Program-made: the position numbers and the translations under genes
The notes under the pieces: model-generated
Seen by the model: the letters and a program-made list of their open reading frames with translations, nothing else
The model's database searches: none
Told to the model about the DNA's origin: nothing
Part shown: positions 9,202 to 17,092 of the stretch, one piece after another
Numbering within the stretch: the stretch's first letter is position 1
Layout of the letters: each line of letters opens with the position of its first letter
From: an uncultured virus (IMG/VR IMGVR_UViG_3300005920_000007)
Taxonomy: Duplodnaviria > Heunggongvirae > Uroviricota > Caudoviricetes
DNA: 20,000 nt
Direction: 5' to 3' (one strand)
Virus record (IMG/VR): IMGVR_UViG_3300005920_000007

Positions 9202-9250
9202 TTGGTGCTGTGCTGACATACACACCCTGCCCGCCACGCGCGGGCTTTTC
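9202..9250 (+). terminator. 3' repeat copy 1: inverted leader motif plus terminator
   Basis: TTGGTGCTGTGCTGACATACACACCCT-GCCCGC-cacgc-GCGGGC-TTTT; near-identical to 14226-14276. Confidence 0.75.
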
Positions 9251-9284
9251 TCTTTCTTAACATTGGTTATTTTCAATTTTAACA

Positions 9285-9331
9285 TTGACTTAACCCTGAT
9301 TATAAGAGACAATAAACAGGTCAACACAACA
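9285..9331 (+). promoter_or_regulatory. Divergent copy of the promoter/leader element
   Basis: TTGACT-17bp-GACAAT-AAACAG-GTCAACACAACA. Confidence 0.75.
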
Positions 9332-9342
9332 AGGTATACTCC

Positions 9343-10119
9343 ATGGGAAAAACCACTAAGCCCCCTCTCTCAAATGTCACGCCTAAACCGACAGGCACCA
9401 CCACGATATTCGACGAGTTATGCCATCTGCCGAAAGCCCAACAACAATGGGAAAACCGCACTTACATCAGTTTTGATGATGGCGACATCAGAGACAGCCT
9501 TGATATCCTGACGCTTGAGAATGAGCACCTCTGCGGCCAGAGCGAGCCAGAATTTACTACAAGAGCAGGTGGACGCTATCAAGACACCTCGCTTACTGAT
9601 TTTGTGGGCATTGGCCTTAATCGTGACGATAGCGCCTTGTCGTTTGAAATAACCAATGCCGCAGACAGCGTTTTTGCGCCTGTCGAGTTAGCCGAGACAT
9701 TTGTATGGTACGTTGTGATTGATACGCGCACCAGCACCACAACCGTACACTATGCAGACTCGCATTTATCGATGGCATTTTCGCAAGCCACATGGGCGCA
9801 ATGGCAGCAATGGCTGATAACGTACCAACCGTTGCTGCATGTGCATGAGTACCGACAATTTATCTCTCCTTATTCACCTAACTACGAGGAAAAAGCGATG
9901 TTATTTTTAGTTGTTTATCACCCTGAAGGGGAAGAACCGCGTTCTGCGCTGGCTGAAGCGCCTAATGAAGATGTGGCATGGGATGCCGTTGCTGAGCGTC
10001 ACCACCTTAATGCTGGCACCTCGCCTGAAGACGAGGAGCTTTATCTCGACCACACCAAAGTGCTAGACAGTATGCTTAAAGAGGCGCAAGTACCTTATAC
10101 ATTAACATCGACGCGTTAA
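9343..10119 (+). CDS. Acidic hypothetical protein
   Basis: 258-aa ORF with AAGG RBS; possible internal start at ATG9898. Confidence 0.8.
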   Translation: MGKTTKPPLSNVTPKPTGTTTIFDELCHLPKAQQQWENRTYISFDDGDIRDSLDILTLENEHLCGQSEPEFTTRAGGRYQDTSLTDFVGIGLNRDDSALSFEITNAADSVFAPVELAETFVWYVVIDTRTSTTTVHYADSHLSMAFSQATWAQWQQWLITYQPLLHVHEYRQFISPYSPNYEEKAMLFLVVYHPEGEEPRSALAEAPNEDVAWDAVAERHHLNAGTSPEDEELYLDHTKVLDSMLKEAQVPYTLTSTR

Positions 10120-10145
10120 TATCTGCATGAATTTTCTTGGCTGTG

Positions 10146-10191
10146 TTGACAACGCACTCAGATTTTGGGATACTAACACTGTCAACACAAC
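10146..10191 (+). promoter_or_regulatory. Repeated promoter/leader element
   Basis: TTGACA-17bp-GATACT-AACACT-GTCAACACAAC; the inverted repeat extends to 10 bp here (TGTGTTGACA/TGTCAACACA). Confidence 0.9.
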
Positions 10192-10206
10192 CAAGGAGAA
10201 AGCCTC

Positions 10207-10362
10207 ATGGCACAATCTAACGAAAATAAAGTTTGGATGGCGTATAACCACAACGACACGCCATTAATGAAATCACCCGCATCGCTTGAGGATGCCAGGG
10301 CTGAAGCTGACGCGTACACCTACGCGACAGGCAATGCTTCTTATGTAGACAAGGCTAAATAA
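10207..10362 (+). CDS. 51-aa small protein not in the ORF track
   Basis: AAGGAG RBS, ATG10207, TAA 10360-10362; MAQSNENKVWMAYNHNDTPLMKSPASLEDARAEADAYTYATGNASYVDKAK; has its own repeat promoter. Confidence 0.8.
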   Translation: MAQSNENKVWMAYNHNDTPLMKSPASLEDARAEADAYTYATGNASYVDKAK

Positions 10363-10501
10363 GAAAAGGCTCATAAGAGCCGTTTCTTCACGCATTACAA
10401 AATCGCAAAAGCGAATATAGATATGTGGTGATACGTTGCAAAGAAGACGATTGCCAACTCGCCTTTTTTGCATATAAAACAAACACCAATCACTTTTTGT
10501 A

Positions 10502-10547
10502 TTGACAACACTCTCAGCTTTTGAGATACTAACCCTGTCAGCACAAC
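10502..10547 (+). promoter_or_regulatory. Repeated promoter/leader element
   Basis: TTGACA-17bp-GATACT-AACCCT-GTCAGCACAAC. Confidence 0.9.
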
Positions 10548-10561
10548 TTAGGAGCATCACC

Positions 10562-10903
10562 ATGCCTGCAATCGATACGCAACAGCAACGCGACAACGCC
10601 ATCAAAGGTAAAACTCTGGCCTTTATCGGTGACGCCAATTGGGACCTCTATGCGCAACCTGATGGACGTCTTTGGGCCATTCCAAAACCAGACTGCCTTG
10701 GCTGTCATATGAGTCCTTTTGGAGACAGACATCACGTCAAGAGACTGATGGACAAGGGTTACTTCACTTCCACGCCGACGGATGCAGGACTTGCACTAAT
10801 GGAGGGGCTTTACACAAGGCTGATTACCGATTCGAAAGGGAAGCGTTTTGGGATTTTAGGCTTCGACATACCCGACGGCCTTAGGACAGCTTTCGCAGCC
10901 TAA
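10562..10903 (+). CDS. Hypothetical protein
   Basis: ATG10562 after AGGAG; in frame with track ORF 10502..10903. Confidence 0.8.
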   Translation: MPAIDTQQQRDNAIKGKTLAFIGDANWDLYAQPDGRLWAIPKPDCLGCHMSPFGDRHHVKRLMDKGYFTSTPTDAGLALMEGLYTRLITDSKGKRFGILGFDIPDGLRTAFAA

Positions 10904-10949
10904 ATATGAGGTGCGCGGCTGGTTAATTATGGGTCAGCCGCATTTTCTA

Positions 10950-10996
10950 TTGACAACACTCTCAGAGTTTGAGATACTTATCTTGTCAGCACAACA
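10950..10996 (+). promoter_or_regulatory. Repeated promoter/leader element
   Basis: TTGACA-17bp-GATACT-TATCTT-GTCAGCACAACA, preceded by hairpin GCGGCTGGTT/GGTCAGCCGC. Confidence 0.9.
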
Positions 10997-11012
10997 TTAA
11001 AGGTATATCACA

Positions 11013-11378
11013 ATGGAACAGGTTCTTTTTCTTGCATACGCTATCACAGGCATGGACTACGAGTACGAGAACGAAGCGTTGCTTCTCCCTACGCCAGATC
11101 TCGATGCAGCGAAAGCGGCATGCTGGGATTTTCTTTTTGCCAATGATATCATGGGCAACGACGATGAGTACGCGTTGGCGCGTGTAGACAAAGTTGTAGT
11201 GGGTCAACGTGACAGCACCGAAGTGGTGTGGCATTCGCGTGAGGAGCAAAAGCAAGTGGATCTTGAGATTGCAGCCGCAGAACAAGCGCTTGCACACAAA
11301 GAGCGCAACCTCGACAATGAGGCGTGGCTGTATTGGGACATGGAGCAGGCGCTTATGGGCCAGCGGGTGATGCATTAA
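11013..11378 (+). CDS. Small acidic hypothetical protein
   Basis: 121-aa D/E-rich ORF with AAGG RBS. Confidence 0.8.
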   Translation: MEQVLFLAYAITGMDYEYENEALLLPTPDLDAAKAACWDFLFANDIMGNDDEYALARVDKVVVGQRDSTEVVWHSREEQKQVDLEIAAAEQALAHKERNLDNEAWLYWDMEQALMGQRVMH

Positions 11379-11423
11379 TCGCCCCCTAATGTAATACTTT
11401 TTCAACCAGAGGGCGCACATCAA

Positions 11424-11918
11424 ATGGATATGACCAATAAAGACTCGCAAGCAGACATTACCCTGAATACGATTGGGCAAACATTATTATGGGCGTGGCG
11501 TGGCGTAGGCTTTTTCGCGCTTGTTGCGATCATTCCGCTGATGGCAGACTCCTATGCCACATTGCCTAACTTTAAACCTCACTCCTTTACGCTAACGGCG
11601 TTGTTTTTAATGATAGCCATGGGTGTCGGTTTGATTATCGCTAAGCTTGCCTACACCGTTGGATTCAGGTATCACAACATCACCCGAAACCAGCCTCGTA
11701 GCACGTCGTATGATGCGCAGGTGGCATTTGACCTGGTCAGCACGGCATTAATTGCGCTGTTTACTAATTATGGTGCCATTATCGCAATAGGCATGCTTAC
11801 GCCTTCCGAAAACACGATGTGGGAAGGCCTTTTCACAACAGCTGCGTTCGGATTTAATACATCGTTTATTATCTTCACCTCCGATTTAAGGACGATAATA
11901 AAGGAAGATATAAGTTAA
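11424..11918 (+). CDS. Membrane protein (about 4 TM)
   Basis: Four hydrophobic segments; GAGG RBS. Confidence 0.75.
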   Translation: MDMTNKDSQADITLNTIGQTLLWAWRGVGFFALVAIIPLMADSYATLPNFKPHSFTLTALFLMIAMGVGLIIAKLAYTVGFRYHNITRNQPRSTSYDAQVAFDLVSTALIALFTNYGAIIAIGMLTPSENTMWEGLFTTAAFGFNTSFIIFTSDLRTIIKEDIS

Positions 11919-11932
11919 ACCCGCACAAACTA

Positions 11933-11979
11933 TTGACAACCCACTCAGATTTTGAGACACTGTTCCTGTCAGCACAACA
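11933..11979 (+). promoter_or_regulatory. Repeated promoter/leader element
   Basis: TTGACA-17bp-GACACT-GTTCCT-GTCAGCACAACA. Confidence 0.88.
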
Positions 11980-11993
11980 ACAGGAACAGTACC

Positions 11994-12530
11994 ATGGCAA
12001 GATTTGCTATCAAAGCTTTACCCATCAACGTCGCAACGCTTGGTAACCCCGTAGAAAACTCGATGAGTCTTCGCCCTGAATTGGGGGAATTTGAAATTGA
12101 AGCCGATTCTATTGAGCAAGCGAGAGAAGCCGCCCAGGTACGCGTACCTTCAGATAAGCCATTTATGATTTGCCCTTGGCGAGAAAAAACAGCGTGTTTT
12201 ACGTTGGGAGATCGACAATACGTTTACCCAACAACGCTCTACCGCTATAACGGCAAGGATTTTCAAACTGCACAAGGCAAATGTCTGAGCGACTCACCTA
12301 AGTCGGGTCAATTCTTGACGAAAGAAGACGCTAAAGCCGATTATGAAGCCCATGAACAGCGCGCACAAGCCAAGTTTGATAAGGCACTTGAACACTTGGA
12401 AGCCATGAATGCGCTAGGTGTTACGATTGATTATCATATGGACGGTGACACGCACGGCATCTATGAAGATTACATGTATCTTGAAGTACAAGAAGGCCCC
12501 TATTCGTTCAAGTACCGCTACGACGAATAA
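11994..12530 (+). CDS. Hypothetical protein
   Basis: ATG11994 after AGGA; in frame with track ORF 11952..12530. Confidence 0.8.
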   Translation: MARFAIKALPINVATLGNPVENSMSLRPELGEFEIEADSIEQAREAAQVRVPSDKPFMICPWREKTACFTLGDRQYVYPTTLYRYNGKDFQTAQGKCLSDSPKSGQFLTKEDAKADYEAHEQRAQAKFDKALEHLEAMNALGVTIDYHMDGDTHGIYEDYMYLEVQEGPYSFKYRYDE

Positions 12531-12540
12531 TGGCAACACC

Positions 12541-12572
12541 AAAAGCCCGCTTTTTTTGCGGGCTTTATTTTT
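12541..12572 (+). terminator. Intrinsic terminator (possibly bidirectional)
   Basis: AAAAGCCCGC-loop-GCGGGCTTT-ATTTTT. Confidence 0.75.
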
Positions 12573-12578
12573 AACCCC

Positions 12579-12625
12579 TTGACAACATACACAGCTTTTG
12601 AGATACTAACCCTGTCAGCACAACA
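12579..12625 (+). promoter_or_regulatory. Repeated promoter/leader element
   Basis: TTGACA-17bp-GATACT-AACCCT-GTCAGCACAACA. Confidence 0.9.
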
Positions 12626-12637
12626 CAGGTTAACACC

Positions 12638-12934
12638 ATGAACACATTATCGAATAAAACCACGCTTGATCACGATGCCGCAGACAAGACGTACCCTATC
12701 TCGAAACGCCGCAAGTCTCTGCTTCGTTATATTCGTGAGCATGGTTGGGTGAAGGCCACCTGCGTGGCGACAAAACTGGCGACTGGCTACCCTAAGCGTG
12801 CCAGAAAAGCGAATAAAACCTATGGTCATGCTCTCAAATCACTATGGCTTCGCGGTGAACTTGAAGGCATTAAAATCAATGGCGTTTGGCACTATACGCA
12901 AGCTGCACCTTATCGCCATCGCTCACCTGTTTGA
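12638..12934 (+). CDS. Small basic protein, putative winged helix-turn-helix
   Basis: RKSLLRYIREHG.V.A..VA.KL...ALKSL..RGEL....NG..HY fits a helix-helix-helix-wing layout. Confidence 0.55.
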   Translation: MNTLSNKTTLDHDAADKTYPISKRRKSLLRYIREHGWVKATCVATKLATGYPKRARKANKTYGHALKSLWLRGELEGIKINGVWHYTQAAPYRHRSPV

Positions 12935-12975
12935 GAAAAACAGCAGCCCCCTTTTTCGTCACAAGGATAAACATC

Positions 12976-13569
12976 ATGAAAAACATCAAAATCGGTCTTT
13001 CTTCTATCTATAACTCACACCATTTTGAAGCAGAACTTTTCAACGGTGACAGCGAATTTTCTTTCCCACGAGAGTCAGGGGCTGATAATGCATGCCGCCG
13101 CGCCGCACAAAGCCTTCGTGATATGGCAGAAAAATTCGACATGCTCGCACTGGCGGTGAACCCAAATAACGCAACGACCATTAACAGCGTCAACAAGCCC
13201 ATGAGTAAGCGCGCACAAGATTTCGTTAGAGATACCGCCGTCGGCTCAGATTTCTCATTTCGCGCTGATCGCACAGGCACATACCACGAAGACGGCACCG
13301 TTTACTTTAACGATCAAGGTGTGCGTGATTTTACATTCGACAATATCTTCGATGCTGCGCGCTATTTGATAGATGACGCACGAGACATGGCTTACGACCT
13401 CTCCGAGGCTGTGGGGGAGCGTCTTGATGACGGTTCTATTTCATTCTGGTCAGAAAGCTATGACGATGACGAACTTGACCTTGAAGATGATGGTGGCACC
13501 ATCTACACCAAGGCCGTGCGTATTGATGAAAATGGCGAGGTCGTGGACGAGGACGACAGTGTGTCGTAA
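12976..13569 (+). CDS. Hypothetical protein with strongly acidic C-terminus
   Basis: ATG12976 after AAGGA; ends SESYDDDELDLEDD...DENGEVVDEDDSVS. Confidence 0.8.
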   Translation: MKNIKIGLSSIYNSHHFEAELFNGDSEFSFPRESGADNACRRAAQSLRDMAEKFDMLALAVNPNNATTINSVNKPMSKRAQDFVRDTAVGSDFSFRADRTGTYHEDGTVYFNDQGVRDFTFDNIFDAARYLIDDARDMAYDLSEAVGERLDDGSISFWSESYDDDELDLEDDGGTIYTKAVRIDENGEVVDEDDSVS

Positions 13570-13582
13570 TTACGGCACACTA

Positions 13583-13631
13583 TTGACAACCCTCTCATAT
13601 CTGTGAGAGGATTATTTTCGTCAACACAACA
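13583..13631 (+). promoter_or_regulatory. Divergent copy of the promoter/leader element
   Basis: TTGACAACCCTCTCA..., poor -10 (GAGGAT), then GTCAACACAACA. Confidence 0.7.
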
Positions 13632-13644
13632 ACGAGAATGCATT

Positions 13645-14208
13645 ATGAACAGCACTACAACACAGCACAACAGCCAGCCTAATGTTTTTGAAATTGGTTA
13701 TTGCAGCAATGTATCTGAAGCTATTTCAGTTGCCATCTGCGTACCTTTAAGTACATATGATTTCTCAACGTTTGATACGGTGTCTCAAGCGCTTGAACAG
13801 ATCGCTATAATGACGAAAAAGCGACTTGATAACGCCCCAGCATTAGTTGAAAGCTACGGCAATGAACTTACCTCTCGCATCAACAGTATGAAAATGAACG
13901 TTACTGATGAGGTGTACGACGCACTTTCGCCCCTTGCTCGCAGTGCAGACAACCTGACCATTGAGGTTGTCAATAACCGTGAAGGCCACGTGCCGCTTAA
14001 TAAGTTAAGCATCTATGGCGCACGTACGCTCATTAACCTTTTTGTTTACACCTACATCGATACGTTGATGGAGATGGTCAAGAAGTATGATGTTGAAAGC
14101 GCGCTTGATGATATGCTACAAAACGACCCCGCTAAATTCTGGATGACACTTGATGATTTGCTGACGAGTTGCGCAGGCTACCCTGATTTTGACATGACGC
14201 GTATCTAA
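13645..14208 (+). CDS. Hypothetical protein, paralog of 6310..6864
   Basis: ATG13645 after the leader; shares motifs with the 6310 gene. Confidence 0.85.
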   Translation: MNSTTTQHNSQPNVFEIGYCSNVSEAISVAICVPLSTYDFSTFDTVSQALEQIAIMTKKRLDNAPALVESYGNELTSRINSMKMNVTDEVYDALSPLARSADNLTIEVVNNREGHVPLNKLSIYGARTLINLFVYTYIDTLMEMVKKYDVESALDDMLQNDPAKFWMTLDDLLTSCAGYPDFDMTRI

Positions 14209-14225
14209 CACGCTTTAGTTTCACC

Positions 14226-14276
14226 TTGGTGATGTGCTGACACACTCACCCAAGCCCGCCATGCGCGGGCTTTTTT
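14226..14276 (+). terminator. 3' repeat copy 2: inverted leader motif plus terminator
   Basis: TTGGTGATGTGCTGACACACTCACCCAA-GCCCGC-catgc-GCGGGC-TTTTTT. Confidence 0.8.
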
Positions 14277-14291
14277 GATTCTTTTTTTTGG

Positions 14292-14319
14292 TTGACTTTA
14301 CCGCTTTAGTTGGTATAAT
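14292..14319 (+). promoter_or_regulatory. Sigma70-type promoter outside the repeat family
   Basis: TTGACT-16bp-TATAAT with extended TG; no GTCARCACAAC leader. Confidence 0.7.
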
Positions 14320-14509
14320 TAACTTCAATATTTAGGTGATTCGGCCTAGATGTTACCAAGCGTATAACGGCGCGGATTGCTTCACCCTCCAGGCGACTGG
14401 CACGGCATCACGTTAACACAATCTACAGTATGTTTCTTTGCAGCATTATTCACAATGGCCGCACAGGACAACGGGTGAACTCTTATGTATCGGTCAATTG
14501 AGGATAATT

Positions 14510-15289
14510 ATGTCAACGCTACAACAAAAACTTCGCACGCTTATCAGCCAACACAGCGATGGCCCTCGCGCCTTTGCTTCTTTGCTTTCCGCATCGCATA
14601 ATGCCTTCTTTGGAACACCACTTAACGAGTCTAAATCCAAGGCATTTGGTGCAGTGATAGCAGGCGTTAAAAACGCCCACGTGTTCTCATCCCTCACCAA
14701 CACCGAGTCAGCAGTGACACGCACCACATCGTCGCTTATTAGTATCTGCTCGCGCACCCACGACCACCTCTATGGCGAAGGATATTTCGACTTTTACTAC
14801 CCTGTTTTCACTTGCGATGAGACGTCGAACTCTGTGGGGATATTTACAACGGCCCATATGGATGATGATGAATTGTGCGTTAGAGTGACGCAATCCATTA
14901 AAGTGTTTGATGATCATACAGGTGAGTTTATTGAATGTGTGATAGCACCTTGCGGCGTAACCTGTAGCACGAAGCTTATCAGCGCAGACGGCAGCAATGC
15001 TGGTCGACTTTTCCATGTTAATTACCTTAACGAGGATGCACAGCAGCGCTTGCAGGAAGCCACGCAAGCCGACATCGTCAAAACCGCCGCGTTATGTGCG
15101 CGCGCGAAACAAGATCCTAAGCGATGTAATGTCAGCAATGCATCAACATCTGCCATTAGGGCAATACAGACGCTTGAGCTTTCACGCATTATTGAGGCTA
15201 TTGGTGCCATACCGCATCCTGACTTCACCACACATCAAAGCCACCTCGCTTTGTTTGATGGTTACGTTCCTTACAAGGCATTGGCGTAG
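14510..15289 (+). CDS. Hypothetical protein
   Basis: ATG14510 after GAGGA; in frame with track ORF 14438..15289. Confidence 0.8.
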   Translation: MSTLQQKLRTLISQHSDGPRAFASLLSASHNAFFGTPLNESKSKAFGAVIAGVKNAHVFSSLTNTESAVTRTTSSLISICSRTHDHLYGEGYFDFYYPVFTCDETSNSVGIFTTAHMDDDELCVRVTQSIKVFDDHTGEFIECVIAPCGVTCSTKLISADGSNAGRLFHVNYLNEDAQQRLQEATQADIVKTAALCARAKQDPKRCNVSNASTSAIRAIQTLELSRIIEAIGAIPHPDFTTHQSHLALFDGYVPYKALA

Positions 15290-15336
15290 TTACACACACT
15301 GCGGGTTGAGGTGTCCCTCAGCCTGCAAAAAAAACA

Positions 15337-15383
15337 TTGACTTAGCACACAGGTTTGTTACACTGTTCTTCGTCAGCACAACA
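15337..15383 (+). promoter_or_regulatory. Divergent copy of the promoter/leader element
   Basis: TTGACT-16bp-TACACT (extended TG)-GTTCTTC-GTCAGCACAACA; A-tract upstream. Confidence 0.8.
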
Positions 15384-15397
15384 AGCAGGTAACCCGC

Positions 15398-15913
15398 ATG
15401 AAAACACAGTACACTACAGGTTCAGCATCAGACGTAAAAGAATTCATTACTATTATGTCTAACATGGCCGTCGATCACCGCGAGGGCAATCAGCCTATGA
15501 TTGAGGAACGCAAAACAGGCGTCTTTTTCTTTGTGAGCATCTACCAGTATTCAATTTCGTTTATTGCTGAAGTCCAAGATCCCGCACTCATCACGGCTTT
15601 TCAGGAAAAGCTGGCATGGAATAAGGATAACTTGTTTTCTCAGGTACCAGCACTCGACGCCGCATCGAAAACACTGCAAGATGCACGTAACGATTACATC
15701 GAGAAAGAAACCGACCTGATACGTGAGTCTGCGTCATCGCCCAAGGAATTCCTTGATATAAAGCTATCACGCGATCTATTCGGGGAGGCGGAGGCTGCAA
15801 CACCTGATGAATATCGCGCGTATTGCGACGCATCAAACAAGGTTTTCGTTGGCGCAAGCGGCTTACACCCCAACGATTACTTTAAGCAACTAGGGGTCAG
15901 CGTGCGCTTTTAG
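15398..15913 (+). CDS. Hypothetical protein
   Basis: 171-aa ORF after the repeat. Confidence 0.8.
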   Translation: MKTQYTTGSASDVKEFITIMSNMAVDHREGNQPMIEERKTGVFFFVSIYQYSISFIAEVQDPALITAFQEKLAWNKDNLFSQVPALDAASKTLQDARNDYIEKETDLIRESASSPKEFLDIKLSRDLFGEAEAATPDEYRAYCDASNKVFVGASGLHPNDYFKQLGVSVRF

Positions 15914-15936
15914 CGCGCTTTTAGCGCGCTTTGGCG
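15904..15936. repeat. Short 11-bp tandem repeat
   Basis: GCGCTTTTAGC twice plus degenerate GCGCTTTGGCG across the stop codon. Confidence 0.6.
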
Positions 15937-16002
15937 CTACACGGCGCGTCAAAACACAAGCTATTTACACCACCACTTGCTAACATAACACGGGCATTCA
16001 CG

Positions 16003-16413
16003 ATGAAAAAACGCGAATATTTTCTTATCCATCACCTTCTTGATTTTACTGTCATCAGTTTAATTTTATTTTATCTATTAACGGCAAGTGACACCTTAAA
16101 AAGTGTTATTTTCTGGCTATGTTCGGTTTCTCTTGCTGTCATGTTCCTCAGCAGTTTCTTTATTTACGCTGGCGTAAAAAAAGCCCCTCATGCGCTAACA
16201 AGCCCAATGAAAGAGCGTGTCGCGAGCCGTCGTTATGGCAATACGTTCATTGATATCGCGGTATCACTGTTAATTGCGCTAGCCATCTCGCCCATACTGG
16301 GTTTCGCATGGTATGCCAACACGCTTATTGCTCAGCGCGTCACAGCAATATACAACCTCGCTTATCATCAGCATCAACAATCGCTGAAAAGCGGCAATAA
16401 TGATGCAACCTAA
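16003..16413 (+). CDS. Small membrane protein
   Basis: 3-4 hydrophobic segments; ATG16003 in frame with track ORF 15931..16413. Confidence 0.7.
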   Translation: MKKREYFLIHHLLDFTVISLILFYLLTASDTLKSVIFWLCSVSLAVMFLSSFFIYAGVKKAPHALTSPMKERVASRRYGNTFIDIAVSLLIALAISPILGFAWYANTLIAQRVTAIYNLAYHQHQQSLKSGNNDAT

Positions 16414-16433
16414 GCAACCATATTTCTTTTTTA

Positions 16434-16480
16434 TTGACAACTAACACAGCATTTGAGACACTATTTCTGTCAACACAACA
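16434..16480 (+). promoter_or_regulatory. Repeated promoter/leader element
   Basis: TTGACA-17bp-GACACT-ATTTCT-GTCAACACAACA. Confidence 0.88.
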
Positions 16481-16493
16481 ACGGAACCGCATC

Positions 16494-17012
16494 ATGAAAA
16501 TACTCACACTTTCTGCAAACGACATCCATACGCTTGCGGCCAATGTTAACGCGTTTAAAGAGACCATCCGCAAGCGCGCAAAGAAAATACCAAAGGGCTA
16601 CGGCAATACACCAACGGAACGCACCGCAAAAATCAACGCTATGGCGCGCACGCAAGCGCTATACACCTTGCTGGCGAACCACGACCTTGCTGCCATTGAA
16701 AAGATCGAAGACGACCGCTCAGCCAGCGAATTTGCCAACGATCTTTTCTCAGCTGACAATCATCCTGACATGCACCCTTCAACCTTGTCGCGCCAACGCA
16801 ATGCACTTGAGAAAAGAGTTGAAGAGGTGGGCCTTTTTACGGTGGAGCTTATTGTCAATGGTGAGAGCATTAGCGCAATTGGCGGTTTCGTTGGTGATGA
16901 CTTTTATGGCTCTGGCTACGATGATGACTTCTACCGCGAAGCCATTGAATTGCTTTCCGATGAATACAAGAACTTCATCGAAAGCGCACAAGCCGTCCTT
17001 GACGTCATCTAA
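16494..17012 (+). CDS. Hypothetical protein (basic N-half, acidic C-half)
   Basis: ATG16494 after the repeat; in frame with track ORF 16434..17012. Confidence 0.8.
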   Translation: MKILTLSANDIHTLAANVNAFKETIRKRAKKIPKGYGNTPTERTAKINAMARTQALYTLLANHDLAAIEKIEDDRSASEFANDLFSADNHPDMHPSTLSRQRNALEKRVEEVGLFTVELIVNGESISAIGGFVGDDFYGSGYDDDFYREAIELLSDEYKNFIESAQAVLDVI

Positions 17013-17092
17013 CTAAGTGCCACACCTCCTCATCTCGCCTTATTAGTGAGATGAGGGGGCCTGTCAGCGCAACATTATAAGGAAACGCCACT

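Noticed and set aside
8542..9218. TG...CA inverted repeats as a MITE or transposon around the zinc-finger gene
   Set aside because: There is no target-site duplication and no matching transposase; it is kept only as a regulatory or cassette-end hypothesis
14330..14480. Known riboswitch (e.g. ZTP) call from GCGACTGGC
   Set aside because: The remaining consensus elements could not be identified by eye
2001..16493. Track start codons at 2001, 8496, 10502, 11952, 13603 and 16434
   Set aside because: These TTG/GTG starts fall within or before the promoter repeat; downstream ATGs have proper RBSs
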